A stretch of 64,000 bases of DNA from Octopus sinensis (GCF_006345805.1 NC_043004.1:44578001-44642000); one strand, 5' to 3'. Positions 12,723 through 24,774 are shown, counted from the stretch's first letter. The notes: a model not told the origin generated them from the letters alone. A program made the numbers and translations.

Positions 12723-13741
12723 TATATATATTACTATACTAGCGTTTTAATCTTTTTGCTTCACCTCTAATAAAATTGCATGCATACATCTACATGTATA
12801 TGTATCTATTTATGTATGTATGTATATTTCGGAAATATAATGCACAAAAAAAGAACCAAACGAGGACACTACAGAAGATTATATATGAATATATGTTTAA
12901 ATATATAAGTGCATCTGGTGTGTATGTACGTATACGTGCTTGCATCTCTGTATATCTGTCTGTTTTTTGTCTGTCTGTCTGTCTGTATGTATGTATGTAT
13001 ATATGTACGTATCCATATATTTATGTATGTATGTACGTATGTATGTACCTATGTATGGATATCTGTTTGCATCGAGATGGACTCTAAAGCTTATTTCTTA
13101 AGGGTGAATACCCACATGAAAACACACTTCCTGACACTGCTTGAAAGATAAATCAGTTTTCTTGACTTAAGAATTTCCGTAATACAACCATCAGATACTT
13201 TAACAAGAATGTATGTTTAGTTAAATTTAGACAAAGTAAAAAGAATTCTGTGATGCCCATTTCCAATTTTTCCGATTATAGCTTTCGTTTTATTCTTTGT
13301 TTCGGAAAAAATTCCTTCGCGTTACTTGTTACAACCTGTTAGGAATTTTCAAATATATATATACATGCTTCGTTTAATTCTTTCCTTTAGTTTTTACACC
13401 TGATTTCTGAGAAGCAAAATTTCCAGATCAGGCAATGGAATTCCTGTCATGTTTGCGAAAATTCCATCCCTTTTCGGCTTCGTGAGGGCAGAAACATACG
13501 ATGTGAATAGTTTTAAATAATGAACGGTGAGTGGAAGACTGTTTCGTACACTATGCACAAATGGATAAGTGACATAGATATATAGAAACGCAGATAGATA
13601 GATACAGATAAACAAATGCACATACATATATACATATATTTTTGCATATTTACTTATATCTACACAAAAATACATATGTATGTGTATCTCTCTATTCACT
13701 CACATTCTGTATCTATCTATCTATTTCTATCTTTCTCTCTA

Positions 13742-13783
<42 letters not shown>

Positions 13784-13787
13784 CATA

Positions 13788-13838
<51 letters not shown>

Positions 13839-13965
13839 GAGCTTCATTGCTAATAGGTAGGCAGGCATAGATAGATAGACAGACACACAGACACATAAAC
13901 ACACACAGACAGAACGACACACAGACAGACAGACACACAGACAGATAGATAGATAGATAGATAGA

Positions 13966-14810
13966 CATGTTTCTTTATTAGCCACACAGGGCTGCACACA
14001 GACGGGACAGATTACAAAGCAGAGCATTTCTTTTTCTGGGGAAAAAAGTGGAGTAGGTTTTCGATCAAAAGGCATCGTAAAAGGGAAAGAAGAAGAAAAA
14101 AGAAAAAAGGAAAAGAAATAAAAGAAAAGAAAAAAGAAGAAAAAAGAAAAAAAGAAGAAAAAAGAAAAAAAGGGGAAAAACGATCAATAGGGATTGTTTA
14201 TCACAGTGTCATGATGTAAGGTGTAAAGGGGGAAGCAAGTAAGGTTTATCCGTGGGAAGAAAAGCCTACGGAAAAGACCACGGTAACCTCGGTCAATGTT
14301 ACATGTTACCACATTTGTTTGCAAGTGGGTAACCCTCTGTTTTAAATTTCCGGGTTCATAGGATTATGCTCAAGGTGGCTTCGTCATTCATATGTGCTAT
14401 CCTTGCTACATTCACCCATCTTTTTTTAAAACATTCGCTAGACAAAACTTGCCTCTCTACTCTCACTTTCCTTTTCAAGTGTAACTTGAAGTTGATGAGA
14501 GATTGACCAGAGAGGAAAGTGTTTGTCTCCAATCCTTTCAGACGCGTCCACCAGATACATTCTTTCGCCATAGACACAAAGATGATGAAAATAGCTCTTC
14601 CTTCCCGTTTGAAGGAAGGAGGCGTGACAATATTGACGATAGACTCAGCTGATAAACCGACTCGTCCCACACGTGACAGCAGTTGTTCGACATAAGCCCA
14701 CAGGTCGTAAATTGTTGGACACTGCACGAGTGCGTGCAGAACGGTTTCGTCGCTCTGACCGCATCTCGGGCAGGTCGGCCCCGTGTTTCTCGAGCCGTGT
14801 CTGTAGAGCT
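13966..14810 (-). mobile_element. 5'-truncated Tx1-like (L1 clade) LINE 3' end, flanked by (GATA)n
   Basis: ORF 14356-14727 (QCPTIYDLWAYVEQLLSR..AKECIWWTRLKGL..FKKRWVNVAR) preceded by a CCHC-like remnant; purine-rich 3' UTR (plus-strand reading); AATAAA at 13974-13979 (-) followed by (CTAT)n. Confidence 0.8.

Positions 14811-14906
<96 letters not shown>
14811..14906. repeat. (TAGA)n microsatellite
   Basis: Direct reading; perfect array abutting the LINE 5' truncation point. Confidence 0.97.
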
Positions 14907-15403
14907 GTTGCCTAAAATGTGAAACTGGCTGTCAAGAAAAATCGATGTTTTATATTCGTATTTTAATTTAACTGAAATATTGTCTTCTTTCTAAGGAGCA
15001 GGCCAGGGTATGGAACTTTTTCATATCGAACACATGTCATAATGCTGATAATGCTAAACAGGACAGAAGCTTATTTTGTTCCATTATGTCATACGCCCGA
15101 AGGGTGATTTCAAGCTGTTGAGGAACTTGTTAACGATTTGTTAATTACAGCGTCCTTGGTTTGAAGGCGTCCCTAGTTTGAAGGCGTTTTGGTGCTTTTT
15201 CGCAAAGGCGTTGTTGTAACATCAGCACAAGAGCTTTTAGATATGTTCTGCCCACAACTCCCTTCGGTTTTGCTCGATTTTACTTTTATGTCATTCTGTG
15301 ATCAATAAGATAAATGCCAGTTATATTATTGACTGTGAATTGATTTTAAAGCCAGATCTTCTCTCTTCATATGTTGTTTTCAGTTAATTACATTAAGTAG
15401 TGC

Positions 15404-15704
15404 GGAGGCGCAATGGCCCATTGGTTAGGGCAGCAGACTCGCCGTCAGAGGATCGCGGTTTCGATTCCCAGACCGGGCGTTGTGTGTGTTTATTGAGAGA
15501 AAACACGTAAAAGCTCCACGATGCTCCGGCAGGGGGTGGTAGCAACCCCTGTTGTACTCTTTCTCCACAACATTCTCTCACTCTGTCTTCCTGTTTCTTG
15601 AGTAACGCTGCGATAGACTGGCGTCCCGTTCAGCTGGGGGAAACACATAGGTCATAGAAACCGGGAAACCGGGCCCATGAGCCTGGCTAGGCTTGAAAAG
15701 GGCG
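15404..15704 (+). mobile_element. tRNA-derived SINE (head A, tail Y)
   Basis: Paralogue of 7317-7620; GGAGGCGCAATGGCCCATTGG and GGTTTCGATTCC. Confidence 0.88.
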
Positions 15705-16089
15705 ACGTTTATCGTTTTACATTATGTATTACATTATAGAGTAATCTTCGTGTTTAGATCAATGTGCTGTACATCCTCATGTTACTTGTTTATGGTTATA
15801 TAAAATAAAACACCGAGAATTTAATGTACTCGCTATGATTGATGTATAAGTGATTAGATAAAACATTCGATCAGCAGCAAAATTCGATGGAGTATATGTC
15901 CTGCTTTCAAACTCAATTGATTTTGATGGCTTTTATTTGCCAGCTGTAGGTGGGGGTCAATAAAATGAGTACCAGTAGTAAAAAGGTTTTGAGTTATTCT
16001 GTTACTTGTACCACAATGAGGTCTATATTTGGTTTCCTGGCAATCTCATAAATTATATTACACAGTAGTCTTCTGATTTCCAGTAATGG

Positions 16090-16700
16090 ACATGAGATCC
16101 TTGTTGTGCATATTGAACATTCTGGGTGTTTAAACAAGACAAAATTTAATTAGATTCTTACTACCAAAGTGATATTGGTGATTACATATGAACTGCCAAA
16201 CCTTCGATGACGTTGATCATTATAGATAGCTTATTCTTACCATCCATCAAAGTCTGTAAGAGTTTGAACATCTTTCCAGTAATTCAGTAGCATGTCACAA
16301 CAAACTGAGAAGTAGGTAGAGATGGATAAAGGGAAGAATGCATTGGTACAAGAAAACATCTAAATGATAGAAGACCTATCTAACTATAAACTAGACTCAT
16401 TTCATGGTTTACCCTGTTGTGGCTGATTACGTTTTACGACAAATAGAAATAAATCAAAACTATCTGCATTTGAAATATTCACCTGACTTGAAGTAGCTGA
16501 ACTTCGTTAAATTGGCTAAAAGTATATAGTAAAAGAAACAGTTAGCTCTACCACCTTAATACACGCAAAATGCAGTTAAAATAGAATGCTTAGATCGTTA
16601 CATGTCAATGAAAAGAAGAAGAACAAGTATTATGTAGATAGGGATTAGCATATCTATCGGATTGAATAATCGTAAAATTTTAAGAGACAGAGGGAAGAAG
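16090..16700 (+). mobile_element. Highly decayed RTE-like LINE remnant
   Basis: Weak traces such as KLSAFEIF; many stops. Confidence 0.3.
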
Positions 16701-16977
16701 GCAATTGCTTTCTCTGAAAACAAGAACACTGATAAATTATGTTTTCACGTGTGTTTGCTGAATGGCAATTGTGTGGTATTTCTTTTTCCTATTATTTGTT
16801 TATCAATTTGTTTGTTTGTTTGCTTGTTTGGTTAGTTGTTTATTTCTTTGTTTCTTTGTTTATCTATTCATTCATTCATTCGTGTATTTATTTTTCTGGA
16901 ATAAAACGAAATGAGAAAAAGTAAATGCCGGAAGATAAATAACTTGGCGAGGAAACTAAAATACAGATTAGTCTTGT

Positions 16978-17001
16978 GTGTGTGCATATACACACATGCA
17001 A

Positions 17002-17091
<90 letters not shown>

Positions 17092-17267
17092 TGTATATGT
17101 ATATGTATGTATATATGTATATATATATGCATGTATATATATATTTATTTATATATATATATATATCTATATCTATATATATATATATAGATATAGATAT
17201 ATACAGATATTCTTGTATATATATATATATTATATATATATAATATATATATATATACATATATATG

Positions 17268-17309
<42 letters not shown>

Positions 17310-17364
17310 ATATACATATATATACATACATATATATATATATATATGTGTGTATCTATGTATA

Positions 17365-17405
<41 letters not shown>

Positions 17406-17408
17406 ATG

Positions 17409-17440
<32 letters not shown>

Positions 17441-17873
17441 ATATATACATATATATATACATACATATATATATATGTGTATGTATGTATATATACATAT
17501 ATATAGTCATGTGTATTACAAAGACGTATAACAATGACTGTTACCAAAATGTCGATCGTCAGTGGTCAATCACAGCGAACTTCTGATATGTGTGTTTTGT
17601 GTTGTTATTTCAAAACAACCAGTTTTACCTCACAATAATGTATTATTTGTTTGATCGTCTGCTTGTTGTTGTTGTTGTTGTTTTCTCTATTAATAAATCA
17701 TTCATGAAATGCACTTAATATATTTAAAACATATTCTGCCTATACGTATATGTATGTGTATGTATATGTGTGTGTATGTGTGTGTGTTATATACATATAT
17801 ATATATACATATATATATACATATATATATATTTGCGTGTATGCGTGTGTGTAGGTACGTATATATCTATATG

Positions 17874-17919
<46 letters not shown>

Positions 17920-18110
17920 TGTATGCGTGTGTGTAGGTACGTATATGTCTATATGTATGTATATATATATATATATACATATGTATGTGTGTGTATATAT
18001 ACAAATACATGCATACATACGAATATGTATATATACACATATATATACACACACATATATACACATATATACATACATATATGCTTATATGTAAACACGT
18101 TTATATGTAT
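16978..18110. repeat. Long (TA)n/(TG)n compound low-complexity region
   Basis: Direct reading; includes an ~82-bp internal duplication at ~17833 and ~17915. Confidence 0.95.
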
Positions 18111-18784
18111 TATAACATTGGGAAGGAGACGATTGCGTATTGTGTGTCTCTCTCTCCCTCTCTCTCCCTCTTTATCTCTCTCCCACCAACTTTATCTCAC
18201 TTATGCCTAGACATACTCACACACACACACACATACACACACTCACAAACACACAGAAAATAAACGCATAAAAAACACAAATATTAACTCAAGCATTGCC
18301 AAATGTCCACACAGAATAACACGCATAGAAATATTACCCAAATAACACTCATATAGAATCACACACACACATACACATACAATTATGTACACATATATGC
18401 GTGCGTACATGTGTGTGGGCGGGCAGGCGCGTGTGTATGTGTTTATATTGTATACAACATATATTATTTCATATTTGTTATATACACAACTGTTACGCAA
18501 GCACAAACTCACAAGACAATTACAAACATCAACTTGTTCAAATACAGCAGACGTTACAGACATCAACGCAAACATACATGGGCATCGCTGTATAAAAATG
18601 TTTATCAAAACTTTATGACAATAGTGATTAATGGCGTATTACCCTTCCATTTAGTGGTAAAATTATTACAGCATCAATTATTTCAGCAATTCTGAAACTC
18701 ATACTCAAAGTTCTCTATAAATACATTCGTTGCCTCGATTCTAATAGGGCTACAAATTTGACCACAATTTTTTTCCTTTGGTAT

Positions 18785-18827
<43 letters not shown>

Positions 18828-19130
18828 GTTATTTCTAGTGGGTGAATGGCCTATTATGGCCGTTCCTTGATTGTTGATGTTGAACTTAAAAATTGTCTAT
18901 GACTATTTAATTTTTTCCCACTAGGCCGCTGGTGGCAAAAAAATTCTACAAAATTTTTTTGCCACCCTATATTGATTAATTATGAATTTTCTGGTTAATT
19001 CCGTAATGGAATCGACGGCTTATATTTATTTGCTGCCGATAAATTTGGCGCGACTGCGATGATTTGAAAATTTTAGGTCAGATATTAACTTGGCAGGGTC
19101 GGAAATGCCTCGTGAAAATATCTGTTCCGA

Positions 19131-19252
19131 CTTGTGGCTATTTCTTACTGAAGAATCTGAGGGCCTATGGAAGATTGGCTTGATTTAATTTAATCAGGTT
19201 AGTTTACCATTAAACAGCAGACGAAACGGTGCATCGTATAAGAAATTACAGG
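19131..19252 (+). ncRNA. Type I hammerhead ribozyme, copy 1 (variant A)
   Basis: Stem I ATTTCTTA (19140-47)/TAAGAAAT (19239-46) plus distal CTTGT/ACAGG; core CTGAAGA (19148-54); stem II TCTG/CAGA; GAAA (19223-26); stem III ACG-GTGCAT-CGT; GTA triplet, predicted cut after 19238. Confidence 0.8.
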
Positions 19253-19621
19253 GTAAATGTTTTTTAAATTTTCTCCTGTTTACGGAATTGACTTTTATTT
19301 GCGGTTGAAGCTTTGGCTGTTATTTCTAGTGGGTGAATGGCCTATTATGGCCGTTCCTTGATTGTTGATGTTGAACTTAAAAATGGTCTATGACTATTTA
19401 ATTTTTTCCCACTAGGCCGCTGGTGGCAAAAAAATTCTACAAAATTTTTTTGCCACCCTATATTGATTAATTATGAATTTTCTGGTTAATTCCGTAATGG
19501 AATCGACGGCTTATATTTATTTGCTGCCGATAAATTTGGCGCGACTGCGATGATTTGAAAATTTTAGGTCAGATATTAACTTGGCAGGGTCGGAAATGCC
19601 TCGTGAAAATATCTGTTCCGA

Positions 19622-19743
19622 CTTGTGGCTATTTCTTACTGAAGAATATGAGGGCCTATGGAAGATTGGCTTGATTTAATTTAATCAGGTTAGTTTACCA
19701 TTAAACAGCAGACGAAACGGTGCATCGTATAAGAAATTACAGG
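19622..19743 (+). ncRNA. Type I hammerhead ribozyme, copy 2 (variant B)
   Basis: Same fold; C>A at 19648 breaks a stem II pair; predicted cut after 19729. Confidence 0.7.
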
Positions 19744-20111
19744 GTAAATGTTTTTTAAATTTTCTCTTGTTTACGGAATTGACTTTTATTTGCGGTTGAA
19801 GCTTTGGCTGTTATTTCTAGTGGGTGAATGGCCTATTATGGCCGTTCCTTGATTGTTGATGTTGAACTTAAAAATGTCTATGACTATTTAATTTTTTCCC
19901 ACTAGGCCGCTGGTGGCAAAAAAATTCTACAAAATTTTTTTGCCACCCTATATTGATTAATTATGAATTTTCTGGTTAATTCCGTAATGGAATCGACGGC
20001 TTATATTTATTTGCTGCCGATAAATTTGGCGCGACTGCGATGATTTGAAAATTTTAGGTCAGATATTAACTTGGCAGGGTCGGAAATGCCTCGTGAAAAT
20101 ATCTGTTCCGA

Positions 20112-20233
20112 CTTGTGGCTATTTCTTACTGAAGAATCTGAGGGCCTATGGAAGATTGGCTTGATTTAATTTAATCAGGTTAGTTTACCATTAAACAGCA
20201 GACGAAACGGTGCATCGTATAAGAAATTACAGG
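20112..20233 (+). ncRNA. Type I hammerhead ribozyme, copy 3 (variant A)
   Basis: Same as copy 1; predicted cut after 20219. Confidence 0.8.
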
Positions 20234-20602
20234 GTAAATGTTTTTTAAATTTTCTCCTGTTTACGGAATTGACTTTTATTTGCGGTTGAAGCTTTGGCTG
20301 TTATTTCTAGTGGGTGAATGGCCTATTATGGCCGTTCCTTGATTGTTGATGTTGAACTTAAAAATGGTCTATGACTATTTAATTTTTTCCCACTAGGCCG
20401 CTGGTGGCAAAAAAATTCTACAAAATTTTTTTGCCACCCTATATTGATTAATTATGAATTTTCTGGTTAATTCCGTAATGGAATCGACGGCTTATATTTA
20501 TTTGCTGCCGATAAATTTGGCGCGACTGCGATGATTTGAAAATTTTAGGTCAGATATTAACTTGGCAGGGTCGGAAATGCCTCGTGAAAATATCTGTTCC
20601 GA

Positions 20603-20724
20603 CTTGTGGCTATTTCTTACTGAAGAATATGAGGGCCTATGGAAGATTGGCTTGATTTAATTTAATCAGGTTAGTTTACCATTAAACAGCAGACGAAACG
20701 GTGCATCGTATAAGAAATTACAGG
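20603..20724 (+). ncRNA. Type I hammerhead ribozyme, copy 4 (variant B)
   Basis: Same as copy 2 (A at 20629); predicted cut after 20710. Confidence 0.7.
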
Positions 20725-21093
20725 GTAAATGTTTTTTAAATTTTCTCTTGTTTACGGAATTGACTTTTATTTGCGGTTGAAGCTTTGGCTGTTATTTCTA
20801 GTGGGTGAATGGCCTATTATGGCCGTTCCTTGATTGTTGATGTTGAACTTAAAAATGTTCTATGACTATTTAATTTTTTCCCACTAGGCCGCTGGTGGCA
20901 AAAAAATTCTACAAAATTTTTTTGCCACCCTATATTGATTAATTATGAATTTTCTGGTTAATTCCGTAATGGAATCGACGGCTTATATTTATTTGCTGCC
21001 GATAAATTTGGCGCGACTGCGATGATTTGAAAATTTTAGGTCAGATATTAACTTGGCAGGGTCGGAAATGCCTCGTGAAAATATCTGTTCCGA

Positions 21094-21213
21094 CTTGTGG
21101 CTATTTCTTACTGAAGAATCTGAGGGCCTATGGAAGATTGGCTTGATTTAATTAATCAGGTTAGTTTACCATTAAACAGCAGACAAACGGTGCATCGTAT
21201 AAGAAATTACAGG
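21094..21213 (+). ncRNA. Type I hammerhead ribozyme, copy 5 (variant A, core G12 missing)
   Basis: AGACAAACGG instead of AGACGAAACGG at ~21181-21190. Confidence 0.55.
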
Positions 21214-21325
21214 GTAAATGTTTTTTAAATTTTCTCCTGTTTACGGAATTGACTTTTATTTGCGGTTGAAGCTTTGGCTGTTATTTCTAGTGGTGAATGG
21301 CCTATTATGGCCGTTCCTTGATTGT

Positions 21326-21329
<4 letters not shown>

Positions 21330-21391
<62 letters not shown>

Positions 21392-21441
21392 GTATATATA
21401 TGTATATATGTATGTATATATATATATATATATATACATAT

Positions 21442-21484
<43 letters not shown>

Positions 21485-21544
21485 TAGATAGATAATAGAT
21501 AGATAGATAGATAGATAGATAGATCGAGAGATAGACAGACAGAC

Positions 21545-21620
<76 letters not shown>

Positions 21621-21640
21621 TTTTAGACAGACAGACAGAA
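21330..21640. repeat. (TA)n then (GATA)n microsatellites
   Basis: Direct reading. Confidence 0.95.
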
Positions 21641-21699
21641 ACGCATCTAAAACTTAATATTGCAGATGCAGAAATACACATATGAAAATATGGTATGTT

Positions 21700-24500
21700 G
21701 CGAATCAAAAGAAAAGACAGTAGTCATGTCGGAGTTGCAGTGTACACTCGTGAAGGACTCATATCCCAGATCCTTCTGTCACACTGAAACTCAATACATA
21801 TAAGACAACTCGGTGGAGTTATATATATATCTTATAGCCCACCAGATGCTCCAAATCACACGGGTTGATTTCAAGAATGTCATGCAAAAGTAGAAGAAAT
21901 CTTAACCAAGTTAGAACAACATATCACGCTACTTTTCATGGGAGGATTCAATCAGCCAAACGGGGGATGGCTTGAAGGGCCTTATTCTTCTGAAGAATGA
22001 CGTGATGCGAACGAAGCTAAGGGGAATCTTTGATCAATTTCAGCAACACGTTATACACAGAGCTAGTAGTACTCCAACTAACAAGGGCAAACAACTTAAC
22101 TTAATCTCTGCTTACAATATGAATTTCATGTATAACGTGAAAGAGATCCCGACGCTAGTCTCCGATAACAATATAATAGAGATGACCATGTATGGACCAA
22201 AGGAGTCCGCAGAGATACAGCCTATGAGAAATCCCAAAATCTATCCAATATAATTCCATGAAGCAGACTTGATGTTGATTGAAAGAGATCTTCAAACAGG
22301 ATTGGTCTCAATATTGCACCACACCTGACATTGAGATGAAGCTTAAAGACTTCATGCCCATAATGTAAGAGATATGCTACAAGTTGGTCCCGGAAAGAAA
22401 GGTTGATGTACACGAAAATAAACTTCCAAGGGTGAAGAAAGTTTTTATGAGACAACGTACAAAGATTGCAAACAGAATACCTAAACAGAATACTCTATAG
22501 CTATGAAAAATCTTGCCTGGGAACAACACTGCTGAAAATTGAGGAAAATATCAGAAGTTCCCTTGAAAAAGAGAGAGTAGATGGGGAAGTAGTTTTATAG
22601 AAAATATTAATTAAATCAAACCCTAAAGCTTACTTTATGTTTTCCAACGAAATTGACTTAATGCATTGCAGAGTTGAATCACTCTTCCAAAAAGATGGCT
22701 CCCCACAGGAAACCCAACGGGAATAAGTAAAACACTGAAAGAACAATTGAAAATGTTTTCAGCTAACCCTTACAACACTAGCAACTCAGCAAATCTGTTG
22801 AGTTTTTTACTACAACAGATATACAAACAGAAGCTACGACAATTGATTACATCGATATAAAAGAAAAAGAGGTAATGCTGACCATAGACGAGATAAACAT
22901 GAACTCAACTACTTGCTCTAATGGTTTCCGAGCAATCCTTCTAAAATCATGTAAGCAAAGCCCATGCAAATCCACGGCAGTCTCCTAGATTTTCTTTGCA
23001 AGTGGAAAATTGAAGGGAATAATATACCGAAAACTGTGGGCCTATCTCTCTAGCATCTCTATCAGGAAAGTCATAGTCTCCATGATCTGTAGGAAACTAA
23101 ACAAAAAGATGACTTTCTGAATGACACCTAGTGTGGTTTCCGACCAGAAAGAATTTGCCTGAATTTGCCTTTTAAAACACGCTGCTTAACCACTCAAATG
23201 TAGATGTGATGTATCTCGACTTTGGGAAAGTCTTCGTTGAAGTCGATCATAGAATGGTATGGCACAAGTGTCGTGACCTTGACATAGTCGCAAATCTTGT
23301 GTGTATATATATGCTCACATACATGTTTGTGTGTGTATGTGTATCTGTGTATGCGTGCGGGTGCGTGTGTGTGTATGTGTGATTCCTATAGAACTGTATT
23401 TAAGACGATAGAAGACACGTAGGGAAGAGTGGCTTGACGACTTTTTAAATGATAGAAGTCAGGCAGTGGTAGCCAATGGAGCCAACTCCAAGGAAACACA
23501 AATAGTGAGTGGTGTCCCCGTGGCACGGAACTGCGATTGCTACTGTTCGTATTGGCCCTCTCAGATAATGTTCTCATCCTCACAGACAGTCACACTCAGA
23601 GGCTAGGCAGATGATTCAAATGCCTTACAGGGTATACAAAACACTGGTGCTGTCATGCCTCTGCAACAAGAGTTTGATGCCATATGGATGTCCGCTGACG
23701 ACAATAACATGCAGTTTAATGGAATTTTAAGTTCCAACCACTATGCTAACAGTACACAAATTTAAATGCAATGTAGACTTATTGCAGGAATTGAAATTCT
23801 AAAATTACAATCTGTGCGTTACGTGAGTATTAATATGAGTGGGTAAACATACTTCCATGTGTATATTACGAAGTTGGCAACTCACTGACATGCAGGCAAC
23901 TGACCGGATGGATAGGAAACCATGATATTCTATGGAGGACTTTCGTCCTAAGACGTCTTGGATATTGCTTTTAACTACGGTCACCACAGGAATCGAAGCA
24001 GTCCACCGATGCAACACGAAGAAGATAAACCCAATGCAGCAAATTAACTACTGGGAAAGACTCAAGAGCTTAAGACTTTACTCCTTGGAATAAGGATACA
24101 AAATACATGCTGCAGTATACACTTGGATTATTCTGGAATGACTTGTCCCAGACTTTGGCGTTGAAAGTTAGACAGGGAGCCATCGCATATGTAGACAGGG
24201 AACCGTTGCATAGTTAGACTTCGGTGTTGAAAGTTAGACTGGGAACCGTTGCAATATGCTTAAAATCTATACCCAGTTGTCAATATACAGGATCAGATAC
24301 TGCAATAGCTTGGGATTCAAAGACCACAGCACTTCAGTGTCCTCTCGAACGAGCTGAGAGATCTGCAGGTTGTGGGTGTAGACGTCTTCAAAAACTAAAG
24401 TAGATTTCCTGCTGATAAGAGTCCCGGATGCGCCACATTCATAACTGGAAATGAGAATGAGGGTGGCGACATCAAACACCCCAATTCGCAAAACTCCAAC
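21700..24500 (+). mobile_element. Decayed CR1/L2-group LINE (APE endonuclease + RT)
   Basis: Traces: GVAVY, SPPDA (YRPP-like), MGGFNQP (GDFN-like), QHV..PTNKGKQLNL, CGFRPE, DVMYLDFGKVFVEVDH, DFLNDRSQAVVANG, SGVP, YRIRYCNSLGFK, KTKVDFLLIRVPDAP. Many stops and frameshifts; interrupted by a (TG)n tract near 23300. Confidence 0.8.
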
Positions 24501-24589
24501 AATTAAAGGTGCTGGGGGTTAATGAAGGTATATCAACAACAGTTGGTAGCCACTCAGAATAGTCACAGCTCTTAAACAAAAACTAATAG

Positions 24590-24741
24590 ATACACACGTG
24601 CACACGCGCCAGCAATAATACACTCACACTCACACAACCACCGACACGCATACGCACACATATTACATATATATATACATATATATTTTTTATTACCAAA
24701 AAAAGTTCTATTATTCTTATTACTCTAATATTTATATACAT

Positions 24742-24774
<33 letters not shown>

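Larger units (their letters stand above)
18826..21329 (+). mobile_element. Tandem array of a ~491-bp hammerhead-containing unit (5 units + 52 bp); retrozyme-like non-autonomous retroelement
   Basis: Unit starts (CTGTTATTTCTAG) at 18826, 19317, 19808, 20298, 20789 and 21278; about 99% identity; no ORF of 60 aa or more inside; (TA)n on both sides; one type I hammerhead per unit. Confidence 0.85.

Noticed and set aside
18845-18980. HDV-like ribozyme using the 15-bp hairpin as P4
   Set aside because: No convincing P1, P2 or P3/L3 of the right geometry could be built by eye.
18826-19316. Second ribozyme on the antisense strand (viroid-like ambisense layout)
   Set aside because: No CTGANGA core on the minus strand of the unit; other ribozyme classes were not excluded without covariance models.
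18826-21329. Array as a Helitron tandem (minus strand starts TC, has hairpin then CACTAG), a TRIM/LTR array, or a CRISPR array
   Set aside because: CTAG is 9 nt short of the end; the 52-mer lacks TG...CA, PBS and PPT; the intervening sequences are identical rather than unique spacers. The hammerhead explains the unit better.
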